NCBI GenBank assembly: GCA_963704805.1
Contig: CAVPHS010000001.1
Coordinates: 1,234,496 to 1,298,495, forward strand
DNA length: 64,000 bases
From: an uncultured Gemmatimonadales bacterium
GTDB taxonomy: Bacteria; Gemmatimonadota; Gemmatimonadetes; Gemmatimonadales; GWC2-71-9
Direction of reading: 5' to 3'
Shown here: in pieces, positions 38,951 through 48,045 of the stretch
Numbering within the stretch: position 1 is the stretch's first letter
Layout of the letters: every line of letters starts with the position of its first letter
Translations under genes and position numbers: made by a program
The notes under the pieces: model-generated
What the model was told of the DNA's origin: nothing
Seen by the model: only the letters and a program-made list of their open reading frames with translations
The model's database searches: none

Positions 38951-38992
38951 ATGGGGTTCAGGGGGTCGCGGGTTCAAATCCCGCCGTCCCGA
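38951..38992 (+). repeat. attR: 42-bp copy of tRNA-Pro positions 32-73
   Basis: It is identical to 26257-26298. Confidence 0.85.
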
Positions 38993-38997
38993 CTCGG

Positions 38998-39027
38998 CCT
39001 CCGCGAAGACGCGGGGGCTTTGTCGTT
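38998..39027 (+). terminator. hairpin plus T-rich tail, likely the ancestral tRNA-Pro terminator (possibly bidirectional with the kinase gene)
   Basis: The sequence reads CCTCCGCG-AAGA-CGCGGGGG followed by CTTTGTCGTT. Confidence 0.5.
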
Positions 39028-39036
39028 CCGGCGACC

Positions 39037-41997
39037 TTAGTCAATCGGTAGCGTAGCCCGAACGATTGTGCCCTGTCCCGGCTCGCTCGTGATGTGCAGA
39101 CTGCCTGCGACGCGATCCGCCCGGGCGCGCATCCCTGCCAAACCAAGGTGCCCGTCGGTCGCCGCCGCCTCGGCGGCGCCCGGAGGCATCCCTCGGCCAT
39201 CATCCCGGACCTGGAGCGTGAGCACGCGCGGCCCGTAGTCGAGCTGAACCTGAATCTTCTGTGCATCCGCATGCTTCAGCGCGTTGAGCACAGCCTCGCG
39301 ACCAATGCGCAGCGCCGTCGTGGCCACCTGCGGCGTGAGCGGCCGACGGTCACCCTGCACCGTGAACTCAAGAGCCACCGGTGCCTGCGCGGTGACCGAA
39401 CGCACGGCTCCCTCAAGGGCCGCCGGCAGATCGTGACCCTCGAGCTCCACCGCGCGCATGTCCCAGATCGAATTCCGGGCGTCTCGCAGCGCGGTATCGG
39501 CCGCGGACAACGCGCCGTCGAGTGCCGCGACTCCCTCCTGCGGCCGCACGGCGATGGTGCGCTGAATCGCGCGCAGCTGAATCGTGATGCCGGTGAACCC
39601 CTGGAGCAGGGTGTCGTGCAGCTCCTGCGCGATCCGAGCCCGCTCCCCCAGCGCAGCTTCGTACTGACCCTTCAGCGTCTCCTGCGCGAGCCGCTGACGC
39701 CGCCGCTGCACCAGCACCGCCGCGGCGGCGCCGAGCACCCCGATCAGGACGACGACACCAATCCGGAACACCAGGGTCTGGTACCAAGCGGGCAGGACAC
39801 GGAAGTGCCAAGCCGCTCCAGTCGCCGCCTCGTTCCAGACCCCGTCACCATTGCTGGCGATCACGCGGAAGCTGTACCGGCCGGGCGCCAGGCTGGTGTA
39901 ATAAGCCCGACGCCGCGTGCCCGCGTCGTGCCACGTCGGATCTTCGCCTTCCAATTGATAGCGGAACTGAACCCGCTCAGGCGTCGACAGCGTAGTCGCC
40001 GTGTAATCGATCTCAAGATTGCGGCTCTCGGGGCGAATGCTTGTTCCGTCTGAAGGCGCAGTCTCTCGGCCATCGATCCGTACCGTCTCGATGAGTACCG
40101 GAGGCGGGACGTTAGGTGGAAGCTCGCGCGGATCGACATTGGCCACGCCACCGTCTGTCGCCACCCAGATTCTGCCGTCCATGGACCGGGTCACCCACTG
40201 ACCGTAGGTCCAGCGTGGGATCATGCCGCCCAGGCCGTCCCGCCGATCAAAAAGGCGATACGGAGCGACATAATCGGAGTCCGACAGGGCACGATCGATC
40301 GCTCCAGGTGGCAGCAGCAGCACGCCGTCGCGGGTCACGATCCACCACGCGCCCGCGTCGTCGGCGGCGATTCCATACACCGACCGCCCCGGCACGCCTT
40401 GGCGCTCCGGCAAGGTTCGGAAGCGGCCGTCCTCGAATCTGCTCAGACCGCCGTCGCCGGAAGCCCAGACCTGGCCGCTGCGATCCTGAAAGAAGGCGCG
40501 GACCTCGCCGAGCGTCATTCCCTGCGCCGGAGTGAACAGGCTCACCTGCCCGTGATCGTAGAGCGCCACACGGTTCGACTGGCCAACCCAGATTCTTCCT
40601 TCGCGGTCACTGAACATCACCGCCGCCTGTCCATGCGCCGGTTGGCCCAGGGGTGCCACCCGAACCAGCCCACTCGGCGTAAAGCGAAGCAACCCCAACT
40701 CCTCATCGAAGAACCAGATGGTTCCCTGCGAGTCAACCGCAACCTCCGCCAGATGCTGCGCATCGCGGCCGCTTAGCGGGACACGGCTGAGGCGCCCTCC
40801 CTGGATTCGGAGTACCTCTTTCGCGTCAACCGACCAGAGGGTCCCGGTGGTATCCTCAGCGAGATTTGTCAGGGCGTCGGGTATGTGGATCGTGTCCCGA
40901 CTGCGAGGGCCAATCCGGATGAGCTCAAACGTGTTGTAAGCGCCGGTCCAGACCGATGAGTCCCGCGTGGCGAAGACGAACCGTTGACGAACTCCACCGG
41001 GCGTAGCGCTCGGTGTGAAGGCGCCTTCCCGGAACCGTTCCAGGCCCCGTGCCGTGCTGACCCAAATGTTGCCCTCATCATCTTCCAGTAGCGCATAGAC
41101 GATGTCGGACAACAGTCCGTCCTTCTCAGTGAAGTGCTCCGCCTCGTGACCGAACTGCTCGATGCGTCGTCCGCGGATCCGGGTCGGATCGAGGACGCGG
41201 CGCAAGCCGTCGCCGAGCGAACCGATCCAGAGACTCCCCTTCTTGTCGATCAGTAGCGTCCAAGCGCCGACTCTCACTTCGGTGATCGGAGCCCGGTCGC
41301 CGAACCGGGGAATGGTGTGCGCGGATCGGTAGAACTCCGCCATCCAGATCGCGCCATCCCTGGCCTGGGCAAACACCGTCTGCGCCGATTGCGCCAAGAG
41401 TCGCACGCCCGGATCGATGAACCGGTGTGCGTTCGTCGGGAGATAGACCACCCGGTCTTCAGTCTCCACCCACAGCGTATCCCCACGGTCGAACCACACG
41501 CCGTCGGCCTTGGTACCACGAAAGCCCAATTCGCGGCCGAACGATTCCCATCTGCCGGCGACGAAGCGGGACAAACCCCGCGCAGTCCCGGCCACCAGCA
41601 TGCCAGTGCTGGACTCGGTCAGTTGCATCGTCGGTGGCAGATCGTCATCTGCGCCATAGGAGCTCAGGTGAGCCCCGTTGAGGTGGCTGACCACACCACT
41701 GGCCCACGCGATCCAGAGACTGCCGTCACGCGCCCCCAGCAGGGTCCGGACTCCGCCAATCGGAATCGTGTCGCCACTCGGCGCTGAGAACGGGACGAAC
41801 CGGACCCCATCGAAGCGGACTAAGCCGGACACAGTTCCCAGCCAGAGGTAGCCGTCCCCCGTTTGCGCCAGGGCGCGGATCTCGGTAGGCGCGCCGTCGT
41901 CTGGCGTCCACCGCGTGTGTACCAGCTCGTGGATGGGACGAGGCGTGGAGTCGATCGCGGACAGCGCGATCAGCAGAGTTGAGAGGCAGGGCCACAT
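39037..41997 (-). CDS. sensor histidine kinase with a periplasmic two-component-regulator-propeller/Y_Y_Y region, HisKA_3 and HATPase
   Basis: Repeated beta-propeller motifs (G.LW.GT..GL) are present, along with one TM helix, an H-box (IAQELHDTLLQ) and a C-terminal ATPase domain. Confidence 0.85.
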   Translation of the reverse strand: MWPCLSTLLIALSAIDSTPRPIHELVHTRWTPDDGAPTEIRALAQTGDGYLWLGTVSGLVRFDGVRFVPFSAPSGDTIPIGGVRTLLGARDGSLWIAWASGVVSHLNGAHLSSYGADDDLPPTMQLTESSTGMLVAGTARGLSRFVAGRWESFGRELGFRGTKADGVWFDRGDTLWVETEDRVVYLPTNAHRFIDPGVRLLAQSAQTVFAQARDGAIWMAEFYRSAHTIPRFGDRAPITEVRVGAWTLLIDKKGSLWIGSLGDGLRRVLDPTRIRGRRIEQFGHEAEHFTEKDGLLSDIVYALLEDDEGNIWVSTARGLERFREGAFTPSATPGGVRQRFVFATRDSSVWTGAYNTFELIRIGPRSRDTIHIPDALTNLAEDTTGTLWSVDAKEVLRIQGGRLSRVPLSGRDAQHLAEVAVDSQGTIWFFDEELGLLRFTPSGLVRVAPLGQPAHGQAAVMFSDREGRIWVGQSNRVALYDHGQVSLFTPAQGMTLGEVRAFFQDRSGQVWASGDGGLSRFEDGRFRTLPERQGVPGRSVYGIAADDAGAWWIVTRDGVLLLPPGAIDRALSDSDYVAPYRLFDRRDGLGGMIPRWTYGQWVTRSMDGRIWVATDGGVANVDPRELPPNVPPPVLIETVRIDGRETAPSDGTSIRPESRNLEIDYTATTLSTPERVQFRYQLEGEDPTWHDAGTRRRAYYTSLAPGRYSFRVIASNGDGVWNEAATGAAWHFRVLPAWYQTLVFRIGVVVLIGVLGAAAAVLVQRRRQRLAQETLKGQYEAALGERARIAQELHDTLLQGFTGITIQLRAIQRTIAVRPQEGVAALDGALSAADTALRDARNSIWDMRAVELEGHDLPAALEGAVRSVTAQAPVALEFTVQGDRRPLTPQVATTALRIGREAVLNALKHADAQKIQVQLDYGPRVLTLQVRDDGRGMPPGAAEAAATDGHLGLAGMRARADRVAGSLHITSEPGQGTIVRATLPID

Positions 41998-42076
41998 GGA
42001 AAGGAGATGATGAAGGGCAGGGGCCTTCCTCGGAAGAGGTATGCCGCCGCGCGCAGCACCTGATACTGTTCTCTGC

Positions 42077-42703
42077 ATGGTTACGGCGATTCGAATCCTC
42101 ACCGTAGACGATCATCCCCTGATGCGGGCGGGAGTCGCGTCCTTCCTCGCGACCGAGCCCGGGTTGCAGGTGGTGGCGGAGGCCGCCAATGGCGAGGAAG
42201 CCCTCGAGAAGTATCGTGAGCTCCGTCCGGATCTTGTTCTCATGGACCTCAGCATGCCGGTCATGGATGGCCTGGAGGCGACCCGAGCGATCCTCGAGGA
42301 GTTTCCGGACGCGCGCATCATCGTGCTGACCACCTATGCGGGGGACGAAGACGTTCACCGGGCCCTCGATGCCGGCGCATTGGGCTACCTGCTCAAGGAC
42401 ATGTTGGTCGCCGATATCCTCAAAGTCATCCGATCGGTCGTCGCCGGGCGCCGCGGTATTCCGCCGGCCATCGCCGCAACGTTGGCCCAGCACACGCCGC
42501 GCGTCGCGCTGACGCCGCGAGAGACGGAAGTGATCTCGCTGATCGCGACGGGACTCACCAACGCGCAAGTCGCGCAACGCATCGGACGGACCGAGGAAAC
42601 GGTCAAGGTTCACGTGAAGAACATCCTGCAGAAGCTCGACGCGCAGGACCGCACCGAAGCGGTCACGCAAGCGGTGCGGCGCGGATTCATTCGCCTCTCG
42701 TAA
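42077..42703 (+). CDS. NarL/FixJ-type response regulator (REC plus LuxR HTH)
   Basis: ILTVDDHPLMR, DLVLMDLSMP and LTPRETEVISLIATGLTNAQVA are present. It is divergent from the kinase gene. Confidence 0.9.
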   Translation: MVTAIRILTVDDHPLMRAGVASFLATEPGLQVVAEAANGEEALEKYRELRPDLVLMDLSMPVMDGLEATRAILEEFPDARIIVLTTYAGDEDVHRALDAGALGYLLKDMLVADILKVIRSVVAGRRGIPPAIAATLAQHTPRVALTPRETEVISLIATGLTNAQVAQRIGRTEETVKVHVKNILQKLDAQDRTEAVTQAVRRGFIRLS

Positions 42704-42851
42704 CTCCTCCCTCTAGCGAGTTAGGAAAAGACTACTGGCGTTGGGGACGCGACGTGACCCTCCCGGGCGCTAGCGTGTGGGTACGACAACGGTCGATGCC
42801 GGTCACCGACTCGCGGCGGCTCGCGCTCGACCCTCGCTCCTGGAGACTCGT

Positions 42852-43625
42852 ATGACACAGCAGGCACTCATGGCGGCGTTGGCGCTGGGCGCCGCGGCCC
42901 CGGTCCACGGCCAGACACAGCAGTCGACGCAGCGTCCCACGATCGTGCTCGTGCATGGCGGCTTCGTGGACGGTTCCGGCTGGGAAGGTGTGTTCAAGCG
43001 TCTGCGGAAGAACGGCTACAACGTCACCATCGTTCAGAACCCCACCACCTCTTTGAGCGACGACGTTGCCGCCACGCGTCAGGCCATCGCGGCGAGTAGC
43101 GGTTCGGTGATCCTGGTTGGTCATTCGTACGGCGGCGTCGTGATCACTGAAGCCGGCAACGACCCCAAGGTCGTGGGACTCGTCTACATCGCGGCCTTCG
43201 CCCCCGACAACGGGGAATCGGTCGCGAAGTTGATCGCGAATCCCGCGCCGGGCGCGCCCGTGCCTCCGATTCTGCCGCCACAGGACGGATTCCTCTTCCT
43301 CGACAAGGCCAAGTTCGCGGCGTCGTTTGCCGCTGATGTCGATGCGCCAACGGCGGAGTTCATGGCGCAATCCCAGGTGCCTTGGGGCCTCAATGCCCTC
43401 AACGGCGAGGTCACGCAAGCATCCTGGCGGACCAAGCCGAGCTGGTACCTCGTCGCCACTGACGATCGGATGATTCCGCCGGCAGCTCAGCGCGCGATGT
43501 CCAAGCGGGCAGGTTCGACCGTGATCGAGTCGCCGGGCAGTCATGCAGTCTACGTGTCGCGTCCGGCGTCGGTTGCTGCGCTGATCGAACAGGCTGCGAG
43601 CAAGATCGAAACGGCGTCTCGCTGA
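42852..43625 (+). CDS. secreted alpha/beta hydrolase
   Basis: A signal peptide, VLVHGG and the nucleophile elbow GHSYGG are present. Confidence 0.8.
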   Translation: MTQQALMAALALGAAAPVHGQTQQSTQRPTIVLVHGGFVDGSGWEGVFKRLRKNGYNVTIVQNPTTSLSDDVAATRQAIAASSGSVILVGHSYGGVVITEAGNDPKVVGLVYIAAFAPDNGESVAKLIANPAPGAPVPPILPPQDGFLFLDKAKFAASFAADVDAPTAEFMAQSQVPWGLNALNGEVTQASWRTKPSWYLVATDDRMIPPAAQRAMSKRAGSTVIESPGSHAVYVSRPASVAALIEQAASKIETASR

Positions 43626-43632
43626 ACTCCAA

Positions 43633-43643
43633 CGCCGTCCCGA
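43633..43643 (+). repeat. degenerate core: last 11 nt of tRNA-Pro (CGCCGTCCCGA)
   Basis: It is followed by ATGAGTGAAAGATCAAGCCTCAC, homologous to the sequence after element A. Confidence 0.6.
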
Positions 43644-43660
43644 ATGAGTGAAAGATCAAG

Positions 43661-43694
43661 CCTCACTGCAATTGTCGCGGTGGGGCTTCTTCTT
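43661..43694 (+). terminator. rho-independent-type terminator
   Basis: The sequence reads CCTCACTGC-AATTGTC-GCGGTGGGG followed by CTTCTTCTT. Confidence 0.55.
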
Positions 43695-43712
43695 GCGCAT
43701 AGCTCGCGCTTG

Positions 43713-43837
43713 TTTGCCGTAATGTTTGCCGGTCCATCGCTACCGATGCGTGCCAATACGGTCCTTGGACGCACGTACGTGCCAATAAAACAACGGCCCC
43801 GCATGGAGGCCGTTGCATTCAAATCCCGCCGTCCCGA
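43713..43837 (+). repeat. conserved ~126-nt element, copy A, ending in the 20-nt tRNA-Pro 3' end
   Basis: It starts at TTTGCCGTAATGTTTGCCGG and ends at TTCAAATCCCGCCGTCCCGA. It aligns with copies B-E. Confidence 0.85.
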
Positions 43838-43853
43838 CTGAGTGAAGATCAAG

Positions 43854-43888
43854 CCTCACAGTGGTTTTCGACTGTGGGGCTTTTTCTT
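43854..43888 (+). terminator. rho-independent-type terminator after element A
   Basis: The sequence reads CCTCACAGT-GGTTTTCG-ACTGTGGGG followed by CTTTTTCTT. Confidence 0.6.
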
Positions 43889-44093
43889 CGGTTGCGACCC
43901 CCTGATGACCTTGCATGGGGTCGCAAGCTGCGAGCGGCTGAAGGTCTGGCGCTGTTGTGAATCTTGTTGTGACTGCATGGCTCTAAGCGACTGCTCAGGC
44001 CGACTCAAAACTCTGCCCTCAACCCGCGCACAATCCCATGCTATTCTAACGACTTCAATGGTCACGTCCCCCGCGCCCCTCGCGAGTACAGCG

Positions 44094-45236
44094 ATGGAGA
44101 AACGCCCCCTACGGTTCGACCGCAACGAGCTCGCCGGCGCCTTTGGCGACCTCGGCACCGATCTGCCCCTCATCGTGGGCATGGTCCTCGCCGCCAAGCT
44201 CGACAGCGCCAGTGTCCTCATCGCCTACGGCGTCATGCAGCTGCTCACCGGGTTCGTCTATCGCCTCCCGATGCCGGTCCAGCCGCTCAAAGCCGTCGCG
44301 GCGCTCGTCATCACGCAGCACATCGCCGCCAACACTATCTACGGGGCGGGTCTCGCGATCGGTCTCGCGATGCTGCTCATCACCGCGTTCCGACTGATCG
44401 ATTGGCTTGCCTGGGCGATTCCCAAGAGCGTCGTCCGCGGCATCCAGCTCGGGCTCGGCATCCAGCTCGCGTCGCTCGCGCTGCGCGAATACGTCGGCGC
44501 CGATCGGCTTCCTGGCTATGTCTTCGCCGCAATCGCGTTCGCGATCGTGATCGCGCTGATCCGGAACCGGCGTCTGCCCGCAGCGCTCCCGGTCGTGGCG
44601 CTGGGCGTCGTGTATGCGCTGGTGTTCAAACTCCCGCCCGCCGCGCTCGTTCAGAGCGTCGGCCTCGACCTTCCCCGGCTCCACGTCCCAACCGTAGCCG
44701 ACGTGGCGACAGGATTCGTCATACTGGCTCTGCCACAGCTGCCCCTGTCGCTCGGCAACTCGATCCTCGCGACGCAGCAGATCGTCAAAGACCTGTATCC
44801 CGACGTCCCGCTCCCTGTGCGCAAGATCGGGTACACCTACGCCCTGATGAATCTCGTAAGTCCGTTCTTGAGTGGCGTCCCGGTGTGCCACGGATCGGGT
44901 GGGTTCGCCGGGCACTACGCATTCGGCGGGCGCACCGGCGGCTCCGTCGTCATTTACGGTGCGCTGTTTATGGTGCTCGGGCTGTTCTTCAGCAGCGGAT
45001 TTGCGCGCGTCGTGAACGTGTTCCCGCTGCCGATGCTAGGCGTGCTGCTCCTGTTCGAGGGTCTCGCGCTGATCGTGTTGGTGCGCGACCTCGCCGCCGA
45101 GCGGTCGGACTTTTTCATCGCGGCTCTGGTCGCGCTGTGTGCCGCCTTCCTGCCGTATGGCTACGTCGTCGGACTCGTGATCGGGGCGCCGCTCGCCCAT
45201 CTCGCTCGACGCGGAACTGTCATATCGGTCGGATAA
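44094..45236 (+). CDS. MOT1/MOT2-like putative molybdate (sulfate-family) transporter
   Basis: ELAGAFGDLGTDLPLIV and LPMPVQPLKAVAALVI resemble the MFS_MOT1 signature as I recall it. The start is 44094 or 44058. Confidence 0.65.
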   Translation: MEKRPLRFDRNELAGAFGDLGTDLPLIVGMVLAAKLDSASVLIAYGVMQLLTGFVYRLPMPVQPLKAVAALVITQHIAANTIYGAGLAIGLAMLLITAFRLIDWLAWAIPKSVVRGIQLGLGIQLASLALREYVGADRLPGYVFAAIAFAIVIALIRNRRLPAALPVVALGVVYALVFKLPPAALVQSVGLDLPRLHVPTVADVATGFVILALPQLPLSLGNSILATQQIVKDLYPDVPLPVRKIGYTYALMNLVSPFLSGVPVCHGSGGFAGHYAFGGRTGGSVVIYGALFMVLGLFFSSGFARVVNVFPLPMLGVLLLFEGLALIVLVRDLAAERSDFFIAALVALCAAFLPYGYVVGLVIGAPLAHLARRGTVISVG

Positions 45237-45259
45237 CGCGCGTCTCATCCCGACGGGGC

Positions 45260-45385
45260 TTTGCCGTAATGTTTGCCGGTCCATGCCCGCCAATGCCTAC
45301 CGATGCGGTCATTCCGCGCACATATGTGCCAATAAAAACAACGGCCCCGCATGGGAGCCGTTGAATTCAAATCCCGCCGTCCCGA
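45260..45385 (+). repeat. conserved ~126-nt element, copy B
   Basis: It has the same boundaries and the same 3' 20-mer as copy A. Confidence 0.85.
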
Positions 45386-45394
45386 TTAGCGAAG

Positions 45395-47560
45395 TCATTG
45401 CTGTGTGTGCACCGCCTCGACCGGCGGCAGGCCGTTCAACTCGCGCGCCGCCCCCACCACATCCCCGATCCCGGCGAAGTCCACGGCGAGCATGGTCGGC
45501 AGCATGTGCCGCTCGCGCTGGCACTGCCGCGCCCGCCGCACCAGCACGTCCCGCTGATTCACGATCTCGGCGTTGCTCGGTCGCGGGGTGGGCGTGGTCT
45601 CGATCCAGTGGTTAATGAGGAACAGCTCGCCTGTGGGCGTGCCCCGGTTGGGCCGGCAGTTGAACTCCTGCGGCGTGTGGAACGTGTAGGGCGTTTCCGT
45701 CACCAGCCCGCCCATCGAGTGGTGATACCACGGCACGTCGCCCACGTCGGTGTCGCCCAGCACGACCACACGGCCGCCGCTGGCGATCATCTCGCCCAGG
45801 GTGGGCCACGTGGGTCCCAGCGGCCCGCGATACACGAAGTCGATCAGCCCGCTCTCCTCGAACGCGGCCGCGATGTCCGCCGGCGGCGCGTAGTCCTCGA
45901 ACGAGATGATGACGACTTCGCCGGGGTGCAGGACGAGGAACTCCACGAACGTGCGCAGCGTGGGCACCATGGGAATGGCGCCGAGCTCGCAGAACCCGTG
46001 GCAGAAGTACCCGGCGCTCGCCCCGGGCGCACCCGTCAGCCGCTCGCGCACGCGCATTCCCGCCTGCCACGCCGCGTTGCCGATGACCTCGGCGATCTTG
46101 CGGTTGGCGTGCGGAACGGCGTCGAAGTCGGTGCGCACGCGGTCGCCCATGGCGTTGCCCCGATAGGGGTCGAGCAGGAACGCGCGCACACCGCGGTCGA
46201 GCAGTGGCCCGATGTCCAAGTCCTGATTGGGGAACAGCCAGGTCGGGTTGGTGGCCGCGCCCATCGCGTTGTGGGCGGCGGGGAACACGACCCGGTTGAA
46301 CCGCCGCGCGCACAGCTCGACGGCGCCGTTGCATGCGTCACTCTCGGTTGCGGCCACCGCTTGTGGCGGGCGCAGGCGGAGGAGTACGGCCGCCGCGCCG
46401 ACGCCCAGCGCCAGCAGCGCGACCACGCGCACCCCCACCAGGACGGGAGTCGCCACGCGCGTCTCGCCAGCCGCACCCCCCCCCATGGTCGTGGGCAGGT
46501 ACGGCTGCACGAGGCGTCGCACCTCCGCCAGACTCAGCAGGAGGAGCGCCGCGCCGGCGGCGACGACCACGACCGTCCCCGCGGCGCTCGGCGCGAGAAA
46601 CGCCGCCAGACCGGCGATGCCGAGCCCGAGCAGGCGACCGGCCTCCGCCCAGGGGTTCTGGCGCCGCTGAGTCACGAAGGTCCAGATACGGTCACGCAGC
46701 GCCGCGGGGTCCACCGAGTCGCCGGGCTGGGCGATCAGCGCGACGGTCGCGCCGACGAGCGCCACCACGATACCCGCGATGCGCAGCGGGCCGAAGAACG
46801 CATCCCACAGGCCTGCCGCGGCGTCCGAGGCGGCGTGATCGGCGATCACGGACGACACGAGGACGCGACCCGCCGGGACGGTGAGTGCGAGGACCGCGCC
46901 CACGGTGGCGATCCCCACGCCGGCCGTGAGCAGCGCCGAGCGCTTGTGTGGCGACAGCACGACCGCTGCCGCGAGGACGAGGATCGCGGCCACCAAGCCG
47001 AGCCGGCCGAACGGCCGCAACGCGCCCGCGATTCCGAGCCCCGCGCGGGCGGCGCCCCTCCACGCTGCACCGGGGCGCGACTGCAGCACGGGCTGGAGCC
47101 GCGGCGGCAGCCGATCCGCGGCGCCCGCGCCGACGTTCTTCAGGGCCTCGTGGATCAGGACTCGCGCGTCGGGGAGCGCGAGCAAGATGTTCTCGGTGGT
47201 GGATGAGGTCACGGCGCGGTGGGCCTGCCGCACGGCGGGGCGCACCAGCGCGCCGAACGGCTTGGAGGTCACCACGCCGCGCGTCACCACGACGAGGATC
47301 GGTCGCAGCGCGGTGAGGTCGGGCTTCTGCGCGATGACGGCATCAGTCATCTTGAGGGCGACGAACTCGCCCACGCGCGGATCCTGGAGACTGGCGCTCA
47401 CCCTATCGGCGAACGTGTCCTCGCGCACCAGCACCCGGCCCACGTACATCATCAGGAGGCTGATGGTCAGCACCGTCAGGCCGGCGCCCGCGAGGAGTCC
47501 GGCGATTCGTGATTTCCAGGTATGCCCGCGTGGTTGGTCAGCCATCTTCCCTAGCCCCAA
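45395..47560 (-). CDS. multi-TM protein with a C-terminal PI-PLC-X-like phosphodiesterase domain
   Basis: The N-terminal two thirds are hydrophobic. The C-terminal part contains FNRVVFPAAHNAMGAATNP...RAFLLDPY. Confidence 0.55.
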   Translation of the reverse strand: MGLGKMADQPRGHTWKSRIAGLLAGAGLTVLTISLLMMYVGRVLVREDTFADRVSASLQDPRVGEFVALKMTDAVIAQKPDLTALRPILVVVTRGVVTSKPFGALVRPAVRQAHRAVTSSTTENILLALPDARVLIHEALKNVGAGAADRLPPRLQPVLQSRPGAAWRGAARAGLGIAGALRPFGRLGLVAAILVLAAAVVLSPHKRSALLTAGVGIATVGAVLALTVPAGRVLVSSVIADHAASDAAAGLWDAFFGPLRIAGIVVALVGATVALIAQPGDSVDPAALRDRIWTFVTQRRQNPWAEAGRLLGLGIAGLAAFLAPSAAGTVVVVAAGAALLLLSLAEVRRLVQPYLPTTMGGGAAGETRVATPVLVGVRVVALLALGVGAAAVLLRLRPPQAVAATESDACNGAVELCARRFNRVVFPAAHNAMGAATNPTWLFPNQDLDIGPLLDRGVRAFLLDPYRGNAMGDRVRTDFDAVPHANRKIAEVIGNAAWQAGMRVRERLTGAPGASAGYFCHGFCELGAIPMVPTLRTFVEFLVLHPGEVVIISFEDYAPPADIAAAFEESGLIDFVYRGPLGPTWPTLGEMIASGGRVVVLGDTDVGDVPWYHHSMGGLVTETPYTFHTPQEFNCRPNRGTPTGELFLINHWIETTPTPRPSNAEIVNQRDVLVRRARQCQRERHMLPTMLAVDFAGIGDVVGAARELNGLPPVEAVHTQQ

Positions 47561-48045
47561 GCAGGCTGGCCGAGCGCCAGCGGCATGCAGCCTACGTACT
47601 TTCCCGGCACCCGCACGTAGCGGAGCGCCTTCGTCATTCCGGTCTCGGACGAGAAGTACGCGCCGAGTGCGAGATCACGCACCGGCTCGAACCACGCTTG
47701 CCTGCCAACCGAGCGCACGAACGTCTCACGATCCGCACGCGAGAGCTCGAGGAAGTTCTCGGCGCGAAAGCGCGCGAGCCCCTCACGGACCATGCGCTGC
47801 TCCGCCGGCTTGTAGCAGTCGCTGAGAATCAAGTTCATCGCCGCGCCCGTGCCCGCCGCCTTCGCGCCTGGTGAGCCCCCCCCGGCAGTCGTGGGGAGCA
47901 AGGTGTCGGCGATTTCCTCCGCCAGCACCTGATCCTCGTCCGAGAGCACGCGTGCGCTCGAAGCGCGGCGCGTGCGACATGCCGCCAGGATGCCACTGGA
48001 CGCGATGAGCGCGGCCCCCGCCTTGAGGGCGTCGCGTCGATTCAC
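47551..48045 (-). CDS. gluconate 2-dehydrogenase subunit 3 family protein (Tat signal)
   Basis: MNRRDALKAGAALIASSGILAAC is present. It overlaps the GMC oxidoreductase gene. Confidence 0.7.
   Translation of the reverse strand: MNRRDALKAGAALIASSGILAACRTRRASSARVLSDEDQVLAEEIADTLLPTTAGGGSPGAKAAGTGAAMNLILSDCYKPAEQRMVREGLARFRAENFLELSRADRETFVRSVGRQAWFEPVRDLALGAYFSSETGMTKALRYVRVPGKYVGCMPLALGQPAWG

Larger units (their letters stand above)
26257..38992 (+). mobile_element. 12.7-kb integrated phage-like element (prophage remnant or satellite) in tRNA-Pro
   Basis: A 42-bp perfect direct repeat (ATGGGGTTCAGGGGGTCGCGGGTTCAAATCCCGCCGTCCCGA) occurs at 26257-26298 and 38951-38992. The element carries an integrase, HTH proteins, a RepA-like ATPase and TerL. 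No capsid, portal or tail genes were recognised. Confidence 0.75.

Noticed and set aside
43644-43841. Short ORFs translated through the 126-nt elements (for example FAVMFAGPSLPMRANTV...; also 43550-43852, 57618-57905 and parts of 45283-45615).
   Set aside because: The conservation is at the nucleotide level, with indels between copies and sharp non-coding boundaries. The apparent peptides are by-products of the repeat.
45245-45253. TCATCCCGA just upstream of element B, considered as another degenerate core.
   Set aside because: It matches only 7-8 nt with no flanking similarity, which is insufficient evidence.
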